Sequence record: PP355768.1
DNA: 64,000 nucleotides
Reading direction: 5' to 3' (one strand)
Shown here: piece after piece, positions 8,735 through 19,356 of the stretch
How the letters are laid out: the number at the start of each line of letters is the position of its first letter
Numbering within the stretch: the first letter of the stretch is position 1
Notes under the pieces: generated by a model
Seen by the model: only the letters and a program-made list of their open reading frames with translations
Told to the model about the DNA's origin: nothing
The model's database searches: none
Made by a program: the position numbers and the translations under genes

Positions 8735-8809
8735 AGGTTCTTAGTATAACGGCTATTATGCTGGGCTCCAAACCCAGTGATGAGGGTTCGATTCCTTCAG
8801 GGCCTGCCA
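8735..8809 (+). tRNA. tRNA-Trp(CCA)
   Basis: Loop CTCCAAA, GCCA. Confidence 0.92.
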
Positions 8810-8814
8810 AATTT

Positions 8815-8829
8815 GCATCCATCGTATAA
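8815..8829 (+). tRNA. tRNA-Gly 5' fragment (rest at 42941-43001)
   Basis: GCATCCA pairs with TGGATGC at 42991-42997. Confidence 0.8.
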
Positions 8830-9029
8830 ATACCTTCAATCATTGACCGAGTAATGCGAGGAAACTGACGTGATGTATCGCGATACCACTCAGTAAGCAT
8901 TGCATCAGCCAACGCATCTTTAATTGGACCTGCTAACTGATGCTTTGTTGCGTTATAGTTATCCATAATGTAGTCAGCAGTTGTATCTTTGCCACTACGT
9001 TTTTTACCAATCAAAAATAAAAGCTTCAA
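8830..9029 (-). CDS. 1: dNMP kinase gp1, N-terminal fragment
   Basis: MKLLFLIGKKRSGKDTTAD P-loop. Confidence 0.9.
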
Positions 9030-9033
9030 ATTA

Positions 9034-9636
9034 TTACCTCATAGAAGGATGCATTCCCATAACTTTCTGTTGATACTGGGATTCGCGAGTATCATTGACA
9101 GAAGGTCTACCAGTAATTATTATACCATCTTTTTCAACTTCAATGTATTTGTACTGCAAAGTTGCTACACATACCATTGCTGGGTCGGATTCTTCGGTTA
9201 AAGAATACTCAATTTCAGATAAATCACTCACCCAACCTCCGATGTAGCGGACAGTTAATACTATATCATGTTTATCGTTATCAAGAACATGCATTAAAAC
9301 TGCACCAGGAAATCCTTCACCGCCGTTATTCCATCCAGACTTGTCTCGGTCAATGTAGTTTTGACAGCTTAACATCCATTTGTACATTTGTACCCATGAA
9401 TCAAGATTTTCATCTACTAAAAATCTAACAGGAACAGCGTCAAACTCAAAAGTAGACCCAGGCAATTTAGCACGATGCATGCCTTGAGGCGAACCTACAG
9501 TATCAGTAGCAGGAATATGAATTCCAGGAACTACAGCTGTTTGAAGATTAGCTTTAAACGCTTGGGTGAGGCCCCCATCAGGGACCTCTAATATAAAGTT
9601 AGTTGTGTTAGTTTGATTAAACAGTCCAGTAGACAT
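9034..9636 (-). CDS. 3: Tail tube terminator gp3
   Basis: NQTNTTNFILEVPD; synteny 4-2-3-1. Confidence 0.9.
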   Translation of the reverse strand: MSTGLFNQTNTTNFILEVPDGGLTQAFKANLQTAVVPGIHIPATDTVGSPQGMHRAKLPGSTFEFDAVPVRFLVDENLDSWVQMYKWMLSCQNYIDRDKSGWNNGGEGFPGAVLMHVLDNDKHDIVLTVRYIGGWVSDLSEIEYSLTEESDPAMVCVATLQYKYIEVEKDGIIITGRPSVNDTRESQYQQKVMGMHPSMR

Positions 9637-10463
9637 TATGATTTCCATACAGAAGTAGCAGAGTAGCGTTTGCCTTTCGACATGAACTGCTGCAGTGGTA
9701 ACATGACTACATTCGCCCAATCAGCCGGTTTTATCTCAATTAAAGCACCCTTTATATTACCAGGAATATATGCTTTAATCATTTTGTCAGCGCCAGCAAA
9801 TCCTTTAACTTGGCTCCAGTTTATCTTTAATCTGGTCTTATTAGATATCACTGGCGTATTAGCATACTGTTTAAGAAGTTCTTCTAAAAACTGCTGACGA
9901 GCCTTTGGCGGAATGTAGTGAAGGTTTAACCCATACATCAATGTGGTTGTACCTTGCTTTCCAAGACCAAGATAAACTATCAAAGGAAATTTATCCCAGA
10001 ATGGAAGAGTGTCTTTGTGCTTAGCGTCATACATGTAAGCATATAGCTTTCCAGGTTGAGGCTTGGTTACAGAATGACCACGTATATTTTTCTTTATAGT
10101 TTCTGCAAACCATTTAGCAGATTTATTGTTTACTGCTGCGCCTTCATTACGAATTTTATCTTTGATAGAACTACGAAATGAATTTACCATCACAAGAGCA
10201 CGCTCTTGTTTGGTCATTTTGTTAGCAGGTTTTTTCTCAATTTCTGCTACTTTAATTGCCGTTTTAATTCTTGATGCATGACGAGCCATTGCTTTACTGA
10301 ACGTAGCAGGATTTATTCCTTTGCTTTCAGCAAATGATTTTGACGTCATGCCTTTTTTACGAGCAGCAGAGTATTCAACTCCTAATGCTACCCATTGATT
10401 TTCACTACGGGATTTAGCTTTAGGCGATTCTGCAGCTTCAGTGATAAATTCAAATATAGCCAT
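9636..10463 (-). CDS. 2: DNA end protector gp2
   Basis: [33 protein letters not shown]. Confidence 0.93.
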   Translation of the reverse strand: MAIFEFITEAAESPKAKSRSENQWVALGVEYSAARKKGMTSKSFAESKGINPATFSKAMARHASRIKTAIKVAEIEKKPANKMTKQERALVMVNSFRSSIKDKIRNEGAAVNNKSAKWFAETIKKNIRGHSVTKPQPGKLYAYMYDAKHKDTLPFWDKFPLIVYLGLGKQGTTTLMYGLNLHYIPPKARQQFLEELLKQYANTPVISNKTRLKINWSQVKGFAGADKMIKAYIPGNIKGALIEIKPADWANVVMLPLQQFMSKGKRYSATSVWKS

Positions 10464-10912
10464 CAGCCTTTCCATCCTAATTTTTTAAGTGAATCTTCGG
10501 TAATTAACCTAAATTCTATACCCATTTTGTTGGCGGTAGCTTGAGCTGCTTTCCACTTATCCACGTTTACAGACCACGTGTAAACTTCATCAATGTACCG
10601 TTTCTTTGCTGAAGTTGTTAACTTTGTGGGTTTAGCTGGTGGCCGTGTTTCTTTCTTCGGTTTAACTTCAAAAAAGAACTGCTGACCATTAGAAAATTTA
10701 GCCCAGAAATCCATGAAATATCTGCGTTTCTTTCCATCTGCATTGCTGAAGTATGGAATGACTACTTCTTCGCTATTCCATTGGACTACATCTGGATGAT
10801 TGTCAAGCCAACGCATCATGTACTGTTCCCATGTAGAACGATAAGTAATCTTTCTAAAGTCGCCTTTATATTTGTGGAGATTCTGCGGCATGAATTTGCC
10901 AGAATATGCCAT
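10463..10912 (-). CDS. 4: Head completion nuclease gp4
   Basis: [21 protein letters not shown]. Confidence 0.95.
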   Translation of the reverse strand: MAYSGKFMPQNLHKYKGDFRKITYRSTWEQYMMRWLDNHPDVVQWNSEEVVIPYFSNADGKKRRYFMDFWAKFSNGQQFFFEVKPKKETRPPAKPTKLTTSAKKRYIDEVYTWSVNVDKWKAAQATANKMGIEFRLITEDSLKKLGWKG

Positions 10913-10923
10913 AGTGGCCTCCT

Positions 10924-10949
10924 TATAAATACTGTTATTAATATTTATA
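10924..10949. promoter_or_regulatory. Divergent late promoters for gp53 (+) and gp4 (-)
   Basis: TATAAATA 10924-10931 and TATTTATA 10942-10949. Confidence 0.75.
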
Positions 10950-10961
10950 AGAGGATAAACT

Positions 10962-11305
10962 ATGCTCTTCTCATTTTTTAGTCCGATAGATTATTCTGCA
11001 AAGACCGTAAAAGGTGCTAAGGCAAAAGCTATCCCAACCGCTGACATATTTCGTAATTATCGCAAATATTTCGACACTGTAGCAGAAAACTATCTTTTAC
11101 AAACATATTACATAAGTGGAGCTCCTAGACCAGAAGAATTAGCATATATTCTTTATGGAAATAGTCAGCTGTACTGGATTCTTTTAATGTGTAATAACGT
11201 ATATGACCCGTTTAGAGATTGGATTAAAACCCAGGATGCATGCTATCAATTTGCACAACAAAAATATGCAGATGTAGGTGGAGACCAAATACTCTATCAC
11301 GTGGA
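10962..11305 (+). CDS. 53: Baseplate wedge gp53, N-terminal fragment
   Basis: MLFSFFSPIDY, GAPRPEELAYILYGNSQLYWILL. Confidence 0.9.
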
Positions 11306-11360
11306 TGACTTTGTTAAATCCGGTCTGTCTAAATTAATGAAAGAAATAAACAACTTTTAA
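11306..11360 (+). CDS. rnh: RNase H C-terminal tail
   Basis: FVKSGLSKLMKEINNF* directly upstream of dsbA as in T4. Confidence 0.65.
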
Positions 11361-11370
11361 GGTGAATATA

Positions 11371-11643
11371 ATGGCTAAGAAAGAAAAAGAGCAAGTAGTA
11401 TTTGATGAAGCAGTACACGGACAGGCTCTGCGAGATATGATTAAGGAAGCCTCAGGTAATAAGCTAAAAGCAGAAAGCTATCTTGAGCTTAACAAAGACA
11501 TTAAAGACCGCGCCAAGAAAGAGCTTGGTGTAGAAGGCAAATTATTTAATCAGCTGCTTGCCCTGTTCCATAAAGGTACACGCGATCGTTACGAAACTGA
11601 AAAGGACGAAGTGGTAGAAGCTTATGACTCTATTTTCGCTTAA
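11371..11643 (+). CDS. dsbA: dsDNA-binding protein DsbA
   Basis: IKEASGNKLKAESY, synteny rnh-dsbA-33-59-32. Confidence 0.9.
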   Translation: MAKKEKEQVVFDEAVHGQALRDMIKEASGNKLKAESYLELNKDIKDRAKKELGVEGKLFNQLLALFHKGTRDRYETEKDEVVEAYDSIFA

Positions 11644-11923
11644 AGATGAGGGGGACACATCCCCCTCCGAATCCATTAACCAGCTGCTAGATAAGCAAGC
11701 TAATGGATTTGCTATCGAATCTATGGTAACAGAACTTGGAATGGGGTATCTCGAGGCAACGACACAATGGCTAGAAGAAAATTCTATTCCTGAGGGAAAC
11801 TTCAGTAGATATATTCCACCTGCAATCATAGAAAAAATTATGTCAGAAGCGTTAGAAGAAAATATGCTTCGACCATCATTTAGTCAAACACATAAAACGA
11901 ATAGTCTGGATTTTTTATTATGA
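11624..11923 (+). CDS. 33: Late transcription coactivator gp33
   Basis: MGYLEATTQWLEENSIPE, TNSLDFLL. Confidence 0.92.
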   Translation: MTLFSLKDEGDTSPSESINQLLDKQANGFAIESMVTELGMGYLEATTQWLEENSIPEGNFSRYIPPAIIEKIMSEALEENMLRPSFSQTHKTNSLDFLL

Positions 11924-12303
11924 TTCGTCTACGCATGCCCCAAAACAATAATAGATACGTTAACGGTAAGAGCGTTTATCTTTTATATTTAATGAATATT
12001 TACTACTTTGCTAAGAAAGTTAATGTAGATAAGCTTCATGATATTTTTGAATATAATGAGAAAGTCGGAACATCTTATGTGTTCAAACTTCTTCAGTCAA
12101 ACGTTATATCTTTCGAGACATTCATCATGCTTGACTCGTTTTTAGATATAATAAATACACATGATACTGCAACGGATAACTTAGTTTGGAGTAATTACTC
12201 CACTAAATTAAAAGCTTATAAAAAACTTTTAAACGTTGACGGTGCTGAAGCTAAGAAACTCTTTATTAGCATAATCAAATCTTGTAAAGAAATTAGTATA
12301 TAA
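11920..12303 (+). CDS. 59: Helicase loader gp59 with in-frame internal deletion
   Basis: MIRLRMP..KSVYLLYLM joined to NIYYFAKK; about 90 aa shorter than T4 gp59. Confidence 0.9.
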   Translation: MIRLRMPQNNNRYVNGKSVYLLYLMNIYYFAKKVNVDKLHDIFEYNEKVGTSYVFKLLQSNVISFETFIMLDSFLDIINTHDTATDNLVWSNYSTKLKAYKKLLNVDGAEAKKLFISIIKSCKEISI

Positions 12304-12313
12304 TTAATCTATC

Positions 12314-12341
12314 GTCCAGTTGCAAGGACCCATGTTGCAAC
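12314..12341 (+). promoter_or_regulatory. Gene 32 leader H-type pseudoknot (translational autoregulation)
   Basis: GTCC/GGAC stem; loop GTTGCAA pairs with downstream TTGCAAC; A/T-rich tract before ATG. Confidence 0.7.
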
Positions 12342-12370
12342 AACAACTGTTAAATTAAAAAGGTAATCAT

Positions 12371-13057
12371 ATGTTCAAGCGTAAAAATCCTGCTCAACTT
12401 CAACAACAACTGGCTGGTCTGAAAGGTGGTTCTTCTTTCTCTAACGAAGATAAAAACGAATGGAAACTGAAGACCGATAATGCTGGTAACGGTCAAGCAG
12501 TAATTCGCTTCCTGCCTGGTAAAGCTGAATATAAGCTTCTGAAACGTAAAACTTCTTTCTGGTCTAACATCCTGGTTATTAAAGACCCGGCTAACCCAGA
12601 AAACGAAGGCAAAGTATTCAAATTCCGTTTCGGTCAGAAAATTATGGACAAAATCAACGCGATGGTTGAAGTCGATGTTGATATGGGTGAAACTCCGGTT
12701 GATGTAACTTGTGTGTATGAAGGTGCAAACTTCGTCATGAAAGTTAAGAAAGTCGGTGGTTTCCAGAACTATGATGAATGTAAATTCCTTGGTCAGTCCG
12801 AGATTGCAAACATCAATGATGAAGAAACTCAGAAATTCCTGACCGAAAATATGGCTGACCTCAGCGAAATTGTGGCTCCATCTCAGTTTAAATCGTTTGA
12901 AGTTAACGAAGCCAAATTTAAACAGATTATGGGTACAGCAGCTCTTGGTGGTGCCGCGGCCAAAGCAGCAGCCCAAGCCGATAAAATTGGTGATGACCTG
13001 GATTCCTTTGACAAAGACCTGTCTGATTTTGAATCCAAACCGACCTCTTCTCGTTAG
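12371..13057 (+). CDS. 32: ssDNA-binding protein gp32, internal deletion (Zn region) and truncated tail
   Basis: [13 protein letters not shown]|[18 protein letters not shown]. Confidence 0.93.
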   Translation: MFKRKNPAQLQQQLAGLKGGSSFSNEDKNEWKLKTDNAGNGQAVIRFLPGKAEYKLLKRKTSFWSNILVIKDPANPENEGKVFKFRFGQKIMDKINAMVEVDVDMGETPVDVTCVYEGANFVMKVKKVGGFQNYDECKFLGQSEIANINDEETQKFLTENMADLSEIVAPSQFKSFEVNEAKFKQIMGTAALGGAAAKAAAQADKIGDDLDSFDKDLSDFESKPTSSR

Positions 13058-14737
13058 CATAGAAATCATTCTTGCGTGCTTCAAAGAAACGGACGACAGC
13101 GTCACGAGCGTCTTTACTCAGATAAATGTTGCGTTTATAAACTTCTGACCACAGATATTCCCATGCATTTTCTTCGCGAGGATATTTGTTCTTAACAAGA
13201 TTAACGAGACTGTTGTAATGTGTTCCATTTCCATCCGAAAGGAATTGGAGATAGTACTTACAAAAGTGCTCAAAATTACTATCTTGTAGCAAGTAACTAT
13301 CCGGCATCATTTTAGTAAGATACGGACGTAAATCTGGGTCACGTAAGCCTGGAGTATGTTCAGGAGTCCAATCTTCTTCACGGGTTTGGTTCTGCAGAAA
13401 CGCCTTAAACATTACATCAGTTGGTTTCCAGTTAAGCGTTACCTGGTCACGAACACGATAATCGAATGCATAATAACCTATCAGCTTTCCATCTGGCTCG
13501 TGAAACATGATACCAGAAGCATACTGCAAAAATCCGTTAAATGAAACCGGAGGGCAATAAAACGTTGCGTCGCCTTTATCCCACACTTCCGAAAGAATGC
13601 GCTCGGTAGTTCCCTGTGCTGCTGTATCTACTCTTTTCTGATAAAGAATATCATTATAAATGACAACTGCATGGTCAGCTGTACTTATCCAGCATCTGTT
13701 GCCTTCACGAGCCATCCAGACAAACCAAGGTTCAGCATAAAACCTCATAGGTCCAGGAACAAATGTTTCCCATCTTGAAAATTCATCTGCTCTGAAACTC
13801 ATCATGTGATAATGCTTATCAGAGTGATACTGAATTGGGTTAACATTTTTAACTGCGGTAGAAATTAGTTCTGGATATTTCGTCTCAAGCTCAATATCCT
13901 GAGCGTACTCTGTTGTCTTAAAATTAGCTGATGAAAAGAATATTTCCTTTCCGTCAGTTGACATAGAAGTCCATAAATGCTCTATACGACGTTTTTCTTC
14001 ATCTGTATTACCGAATACACGTTTCCATGTATTTGTGTCTTCTTGATAAACATAGACGCCTTTAGTAGCAGAATCCACAACATTCCGTGGGTCTGTTGGG
14101 TCTAATCCTAAGGTTTTAACTTCCCCGGTAATAAGGGCAAAGATTTTGCCTCCAACGGAATCCATTTTAAAGCATACAGATTTAGGATTGCCTGTTATAT
14201 GAGATGCTTCTTTTTCGAACACCTTTTCACCAAATGTAGGGCTTAAAGGGTCAGTATCTATTGGAGCATCTTTTAATTTAACTTTACGGACAGTGTCTTT
14301 TGCAACAACATACAAATAGTCGTCATTGCAGGTAAACGCTTCAGCATATTTGGTAACGTCAGCAGGCAATGATGCATACGTTCCGAATAACTCTACTTCA
14401 AAGCCAAGCTTTAACTGGTCTCCCAATTTAGCAAATGTAACTTCGTTATCGCTGAACTTAACCTCGTTTGATGACCAGCGCACGTCAGATGATTTCCTTC
14501 CGTAAAAGATTTTATCATATCCTAAAACATAAGAAGTAGTTTTAGATTGATAAATGACTACTCGTGAAACCGGATTTCCGACACGGTCATTAAATAACTG
14601 AACGTATTGCCAATTCTGTCCTTTATCATTTGATACTTTAACCATATGTTGGAATCTTTCAAACAGATACAAAATTCCGTCTATTTCTCCGATAGCTTAT
14701 GAATTCGTAAGCTGGTGACGAACGGTGCAATTGTCAT
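13057..14737 (-). CDS. 7: Baseplate wedge gp7, N-terminal/middle, with deletion near 14690
   Basis: MTIAPFVTSLRI start at 14737; YLFERFQ...PGLRDPDL..EYLWSEVYKRNIYLS. Confidence 0.88.
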
Positions 14738-14935
14738 TGAGTAATAGGCTCCAATTTAATAGTTGTGTATTGAGGACGAAGGTCATTCTCAAATACGATA
14801 AGTGTTCCATCGCGGGCGAAGACGATATCCTGGGTAGGAGTAGAATAAAGCTCAATACTCTGGTCTTCAAACTGAAGAGGATCGGCTCCAATAGCTCCAA
14901 GGCTCCAGTAAATATTATCACCATAATAATCTACT
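14734..14935 (-). CDS. 6: Baseplate wedge gp6, C-terminal fragment
   Basis: DIVFARDGTLIVFENDLRPQYTTIKLEPITQ*. Confidence 0.85.
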
Positions 14936-14937
14936 TC

Positions 14938-15152
14938 ACCGATTTTTTGAAATTAGTACGAATAGCTTCATCAACAGAGTTATCAATGATTTCATCAATC
15001 AGTTTGATAATACCAGGAACATACTTTACTGATTGGAATTTACCAAAAAGAAAACGGTCATGCGCTTCAAACGCAGAACTACCAATGTACATTCCGCTAC
15101 GCTTAATGATATGTTCTCGGTCACTCAGAATTTTAATTTCGTTCTTAATCAT
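14938..15152 (-). CDS. 39: Topoisomerase II large subunit gp39, N-terminal fragment
   Basis: MIKNEIKILSDREHI..MYIGS..DEIIDNSVDE. Confidence 0.92.
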
Positions 15153-15182
15153 TACATTTCCTCGGTTAGTGAAGGAATTATA

Positions 15183-15551
15183 TCAACTATTGATTATAGC
15201 AAGTAATTCTTCTTTGATATACATCAATTTACCAAGAACCTCATGGCCTCCTTTAACCGCTTTATACTCTGGGTATCGTGGCCGCTGTCGTTCAAACATA
15301 GTCCATTGAGCATCACTAACGTTAGCGTATGCATATCGAGAATTTCCGTAGTACTGTTCAATCCGGTACTCGTTGTTTTCATTAAGTGAAATCCACTCTT
15401 CACAGACCTCATAATATTTCTGCATCCAAATAGTACGACCATTCACGTCATTGATTGGCCACCAAGCAAACCTGTATTTTCCAATAGCCCGCTCTACCAT
15501 TTTTAACTGTCGTTTAGCACGCCTTTGCGCAGTTGTCATTCCAATAATCAT
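15183..15551 (-). CDS. Hypothetical protein
   Basis: 122-aa ORF in early region upstream of gene 39. Confidence 0.65.
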   Translation of the reverse strand: MIIGMTTAQRRAKRQLKMVERAIGKYRFAWWPINDVNGRTIWMQKYYEVCEEWISLNENNEYRIEQYYGNSRYAYANVSDAQWTMFERQRPRYPEYKAVKGGHEVLGKLMYIKEELLAIINS

Positions 15552-15629
15552 AATATTCTCCTCTGGCCAACAAGACTATAATACCAAAACACGATGTCCA
15601 TGTAAACAACTAAATGACCCGAAGGTCAT

Positions 15630-15878
15630 TTATTCATAACGAATTGTGCTGTTCTTGAGAAAAAGCCCTGAGCACACCGTTCCGTTAACAGGTTTTCCTG
15701 TTGGCCCAATAGCCGTAAAGCCTGTGTGCTGAAAATCATCCTCTGAGCAAGAAAAGAACTTATATCCAGTGATTTTGATATCAGTAAATCCCGCGTTATC
15801 TAACACGCGAGTTGCGTTATCAGCGTCAGTGCATCCAATCATCATGAAGGCAAGCGCTGTAATTAAAATCTTTTTCAT
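15630..15878 (-). CDS. 39.1: Lipoprotein, T4 39.1-like
   Basis: GCTDADNATRVL, CSEDDFQHTGF. Confidence 0.85.
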   Translation of the reverse strand: MKKILITALAFMMIGCTDADNATRVLDNAGFTDIKITGYKFFSCSEDDFQHTGFTAIGPTGKPVNGTVCSGLFLKNSTIRYE

Positions 15879-15963
15879 TTTAATTTAACCCTATAAGTTA
15901 TATTACCTACTTTAATAACCCGGATTTCTCCGGGTTTCATGGTAATGCGTGCTTTAGTTCCCA

Positions 15964-16149
15964 TCAATAATCACCGCTCTTTAATCCATCGTAGTGAACT
16001 GCCGGTGCAGAAACTACTCGCTTCATTTGACCTTCACACTTAGGGTTAAAGCAGTTAACAGTGTAGTCACGATGAGAAATTTTACGCATAATTTCTATCT
16101 TTTTTCCACAGACTTCACACTTGTAATCATACATTGGCATTAACAGCAT
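15964..16149 (-). CDS. 39.2: FmdB-like zinc ribbon protein, T4 39.2-like
   Basis: MPMYDYKCEVC...CFNPKC. Confidence 0.85.
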   Translation of the reverse strand: MLLMPMYDYKCEVCGKKIEIMRKISHRDYTVNCFNPKCEGQMKRVVSAPAVHYDGLKSGDY

Positions 16150-16462
16150 CCTTCCATTTTTGTGTTTTGACTACGATTTGCTCATTCAGCGCACGAGTAA
16201 CCATCATGGAGATTTCATCATCTGATACATGCGCATCATCTTTATGACGATTTCTGAAATGAAGCCAAAGTGCATCTACTACACAGTTAATAACATCTGC
16301 GCACTCGCCTTCAAACTCTTCTTTCTGCCGCCATGGACGATTAATCCAATCACACATTTCTCCAGTTTCTGAAGAAAGTTGCAGCATGACATTCCCAATG
16401 CTACGATTAGGAATAGGATAAGACAGTTTTGATGCTTCAAAAATAGGAGCTAAATTTAACAT
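16127..16462 (-). CDS. MazG-like NTP pyrophosphohydrolase (putative)
   Basis: SSETGEM...EGECADV acidic helical motif. Confidence 0.6.
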   Translation of the reverse strand: MLNLAPIFEASKLSYPIPNRSIGNVMLQLSSETGEMCDWINRPWRQKEEFEGECADVINCVVDALWLHFRNRHKDDAHVSDDEISMMVTRALNEQIVVKTQKWKDAVNANV

Positions 16463-16821
16463 TGATATGCACTCTGCAGTGCTGCAATAGCAGCGATTGC
16501 TTGACCACGGTTATGAATAGAAAGATTCATAACCAAATCGGTTGGAATTACATTCGCAGAAGTTCCAACTTCAGTAAAGTATTTGAATTCGCTATCAAAA
16601 ATTACAAGGTCTTCACCGCCGACTTCATCGCATTCTGTGCCATTAGCCCACATAATTCCGGATACTCTATTATTTTGGTAGTCAACTTTAGTAACAGTAA
16701 AACTCCCGCCATTTTCATAGAGTTCAAACACAAAGTCTTCATTAACCTCATAGCGTGAAGAAAATTCTTCTTCAGCTTCATCATTGACGAATTTGTACTG
16801 TACGCCTTCTTTAAAATTCAT
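16456..16821 (-). CDS. goF: GoF/ComC-alpha-like RNA metabolism modulator
   Basis: FKEGVQYKF N-terminus, C-terminal helix, between cef and 39.2. Confidence 0.6.
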   Translation of the reverse strand: MNFKEGVQYKFVNDEAEEEFSSRYEVNEDFVFELYENGGSFTVTKVDYQNNRVSGIMWANGTECDEVGGEDLVIFDSEFKYFTEVGTSANVIPTDLVMNLSIHNRGQAIAAIAALQSAYQC

Positions 16822-17036
16822 TACACAATCTCCATGTATTCTGGGCCATCAACTGTGATTACACGAGCAAAGGTACGAACTGGGACAATATCACCATGGT
16901 TCGCGAATACATACAACCAGGTCCAATGCTCTTCTTTACCGAAGGTTTTCTCTTTCTGAACGACGATTAAGTCCGGGTTGAACAGAATGTCTTCAAAAGC
17001 TTCGGCAGTAATTTTTACGGTGTTTTCAGTTTTCAT
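16821..17036 (-). CDS. cef: Cef, modifier of suppressor tRNAs
   Basis: AFEDILFNPDLIVVQKE; preceded by early promoter GTGGTACTAT and ACTACTGAGGAGAA. Confidence 0.85.
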   Translation of the reverse strand: MKTENTVKITAEAFEDILFNPDLIVVQKEKTFGKEEHWTWLYVFANHGDIVPVRTFARVITVDGPEYMEIV

Positions 17037-17079
17037 GTTATTCTCCTCAGTAGTTGATAAGATAATAGTACCACATCCT

Positions 17080-17857
17080 TCGTCAGCTGAAAGCACAGTA
17101 TTCAATCGAACTGGCTCAGGACCTCCGCGCTGTTCACGGTATGGACGCTGATGCTGAACTGAGTTCAATCCTGGCTACTGAAATTATGCTGGAAATCAAC
17201 CGTGAAGTTGTTGACTGGATTAACTACTCCGCTCAGGTTGGTAAATCTGGTATGACCCAGACTGTTGGTTCTAAAGCCGGTGTATTCGACTTCCAAGACC
17301 CGATTGATATCCGCGGTGCTCGTTGGGCAGGTGAAAGCTTTAAAGCTCTGCTGTTCCAGATTGACAAAGAATCCGCTGAAATCGCTCGTCAGACCGGTCG
17401 CGGTGAAGGTAACTTCATTATCGCTTCCCGTAACGTAGTTAACGTACTGGCAGCTGTTGATACCAACGTATCTCCGGCAGCTCAGGGTCTGGGTCGTGGT
17501 TATAATACCGACACCACTAAAGCAGTATTTGCTGGTGTTCTGGGTGGTCGCTACCGTGTATACATCGACCAGTATGCTCGTCAGGATTACTTCACCATCG
17601 GTTATAAAGGTGCTAACGAAATGGATGCTGGTATCTACTATGCTCCGTATGTTGCACTGACCCCGCTGCGTGGTTCCGATCCGAAGAACTTCCAACCGGT
17701 CATGGGGTTCAAAACCCGTTACGGTATCGGTATTAACCCGTTCGCCGATTCTGCTGCTCAACAGCCGAAAGGTCGTATTACCTCTGGTATGCCTTCTATC
17801 GTCAACTCTGTTGGTAAGAATGCTTACTTCCGTCGTGTATGGGTTAAAGGTATCTAA
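17080..17857 (+). CDS. 23: Major capsid protein gp23, C-terminal fragment
   Basis: RQLKAQYSIELAQDLRAVHGMDADAEL, GFKTRYGIGINP. Confidence 0.97.
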
Positions 17858-17864
17858 TACCAAT

Positions 17865-17887
17865 AAGGGAGCCTTCGGGCTCCCTTT
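17865..17887 (+). terminator. Rho-independent terminator after gene 23
   Basis: AAGGGAGCC-TTCG-GGCTCCCTT. Confidence 0.85.
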
Positions 17888-17938
17888 AGTTGTTTTAATG
17901 GATATAAATAAACTTATAAATCCACAGAGGAAAGCGCA

Positions 17939-19096
17939 ATGGCTAAAATCAACGAACTTCTGCGCGAGTCAACTACAACGAGTAGCAACTTAATTGGTCG
18001 CCCTAATCTCGTTGCATTAACGCGCGCAACCACTAAATTAATCTATACTGACCTCGTTGCTACACAGCGTACTAAACAGCCTGTAGCAGCGTTATATGGC
18101 ATTAAATATCTTAACCCAAATGGTGATTTGACATTTGCAACAGGTGCAACCTATGCAGGTCAAATCGGTGCCCCGGAACGTGAGTCAATTGAAGAACTCA
18201 CTATGGCGAATAAAGATTCTTTTAATAAAGATGACATGTTTAAGTACCAGAACGTAGTCTTTAAAGTGCTTAAAGACGGGCCGTTTACTGGTACAGCTGA
18301 AACCGACGAATTTGGAATTGTATCTGAAGCAGTAGCAGCTAATAATATTCGTATGATGTCAGATGCTGCAGTCACTGAAAAATTCGAAGGACCTGATTCA
18401 GACCCAATCACCGAAGCCAGTTTTAAAATTGATAAATGGCAAACAGCTGTTAAATCGCGTAAGCTTAAAACAGATTTAACTGTAGAATTAGCTCAAGACT
18501 TAGAAGCTAACGGGTTCGATGCTCCAGAGCTTATTGATGATTTACTTGCTACTGAAATGGCAGAAGACATTAATAAAGACATCCTGCAATCATTGATTAC
18601 GGTTTCTTCTCGGTTTAAAGTAACTGGTGTATCCGATAAAGGTGTATTAGATTTAACTAAGCAGGATTCTGCTCCGGAACAAGGTCGTACTCTGTATCGT
18701 TTCATTTGTGAAATGAATTCAGCAGTTCAACGTAATACTTCTTATTCTGGCACCTACGCAGTAGCATCTACTCGTTGCGCGGCGGTACTGGCAGCTTCTG
18801 GTTGGTTAATGCAGAAGAACGATGGGACTATTCCAGAAAACGCATATGGCATTCTGAATAACGGCCTTCCACTGTACTGTGATACTAACAGTCCGATTGA
18901 TTACGTTATTGTTGGTGTTAAGGCAGAATTTGGTGGGAAGGAAACTGTAGGTTCATTATTCTATGCGCCATATACCGAAGGATTGGATGAGGACGAAGCT
19001 CGTGTGATTAATGCTGCGGATATGGATAAGATGGCAGGAAGAAGTCAGATGTCTGTTATGCTTGGTGTTAAGTTACCTAAGCTGATTGCGGACTAA
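17939..19096 (+). CDS. 24: Capsid vertex protein gp24 with in-frame deletion near C-terminus
   Basis: MAKINELLRES; late promoter TATAAATA 17903; jump GLDEDE|ARVINAAD. Confidence 0.93.
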   Translation: MAKINELLRESTTTSSNLIGRPNLVALTRATTKLIYTDLVATQRTKQPVAALYGIKYLNPNGDLTFATGATYAGQIGAPERESIEELTMANKDSFNKDDMFKYQNVVFKVLKDGPFTGTAETDEFGIVSEAVAANNIRMMSDAAVTEKFEGPDSDPITEASFKIDKWQTAVKSRKLKTDLTVELAQDLEANGFDAPELIDDLLATEMAEDINKDILQSLITVSSRFKVTGVSDKGVLDLTKQDSAPEQGRTLYRFICEMNSAVQRNTSYSGTYAVASTRCAAVLAASGWLMQKNDGTIPENAYGILNNGLPLYCDTNSPIDYVIVGVKAEFGGKETVGSLFYAPYTEGLDEDEARVINAADMDKMAGRSQMSVMLGVKLPKLIAD

Positions 19097-19356
19097 TTCA
19101 AGTTAGCTGTTCCAATAAAGCTTTCGTATAAAGCAGTATTACTAAATTGCTGTATGTAAAGCGTGTTATATGCTAATAAGTCTAATAGCACGTTTAAACG
19201 CGAACCAGCAAAATCAAAGTCCTGAAACTCTTTTTGACCGCTAAGCCAGTTAATAAGCTGATTTTTAATTTCGTCGAATGTTGCTCCAGTAAATGCGTCT
19301 GGGATAGCGTTTGCAGTACGCGTTAACTGATAATTTAAAGGTTCTTTAATAGCCAT
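19097..19356 (-). CDS. 6: Baseplate wedge gp6, N-terminal fragment
   Basis: DFDFAGSRLNVLLDLLAYNTLYIQQF. Confidence 0.9.

Noticed and set aside
12350-13105. Long antisense ORFs opposite gp32, gp23 (17165-17863), rnlB and others
   Set aside because: Shadow ORFs produced by codon bias of highly expressed genes
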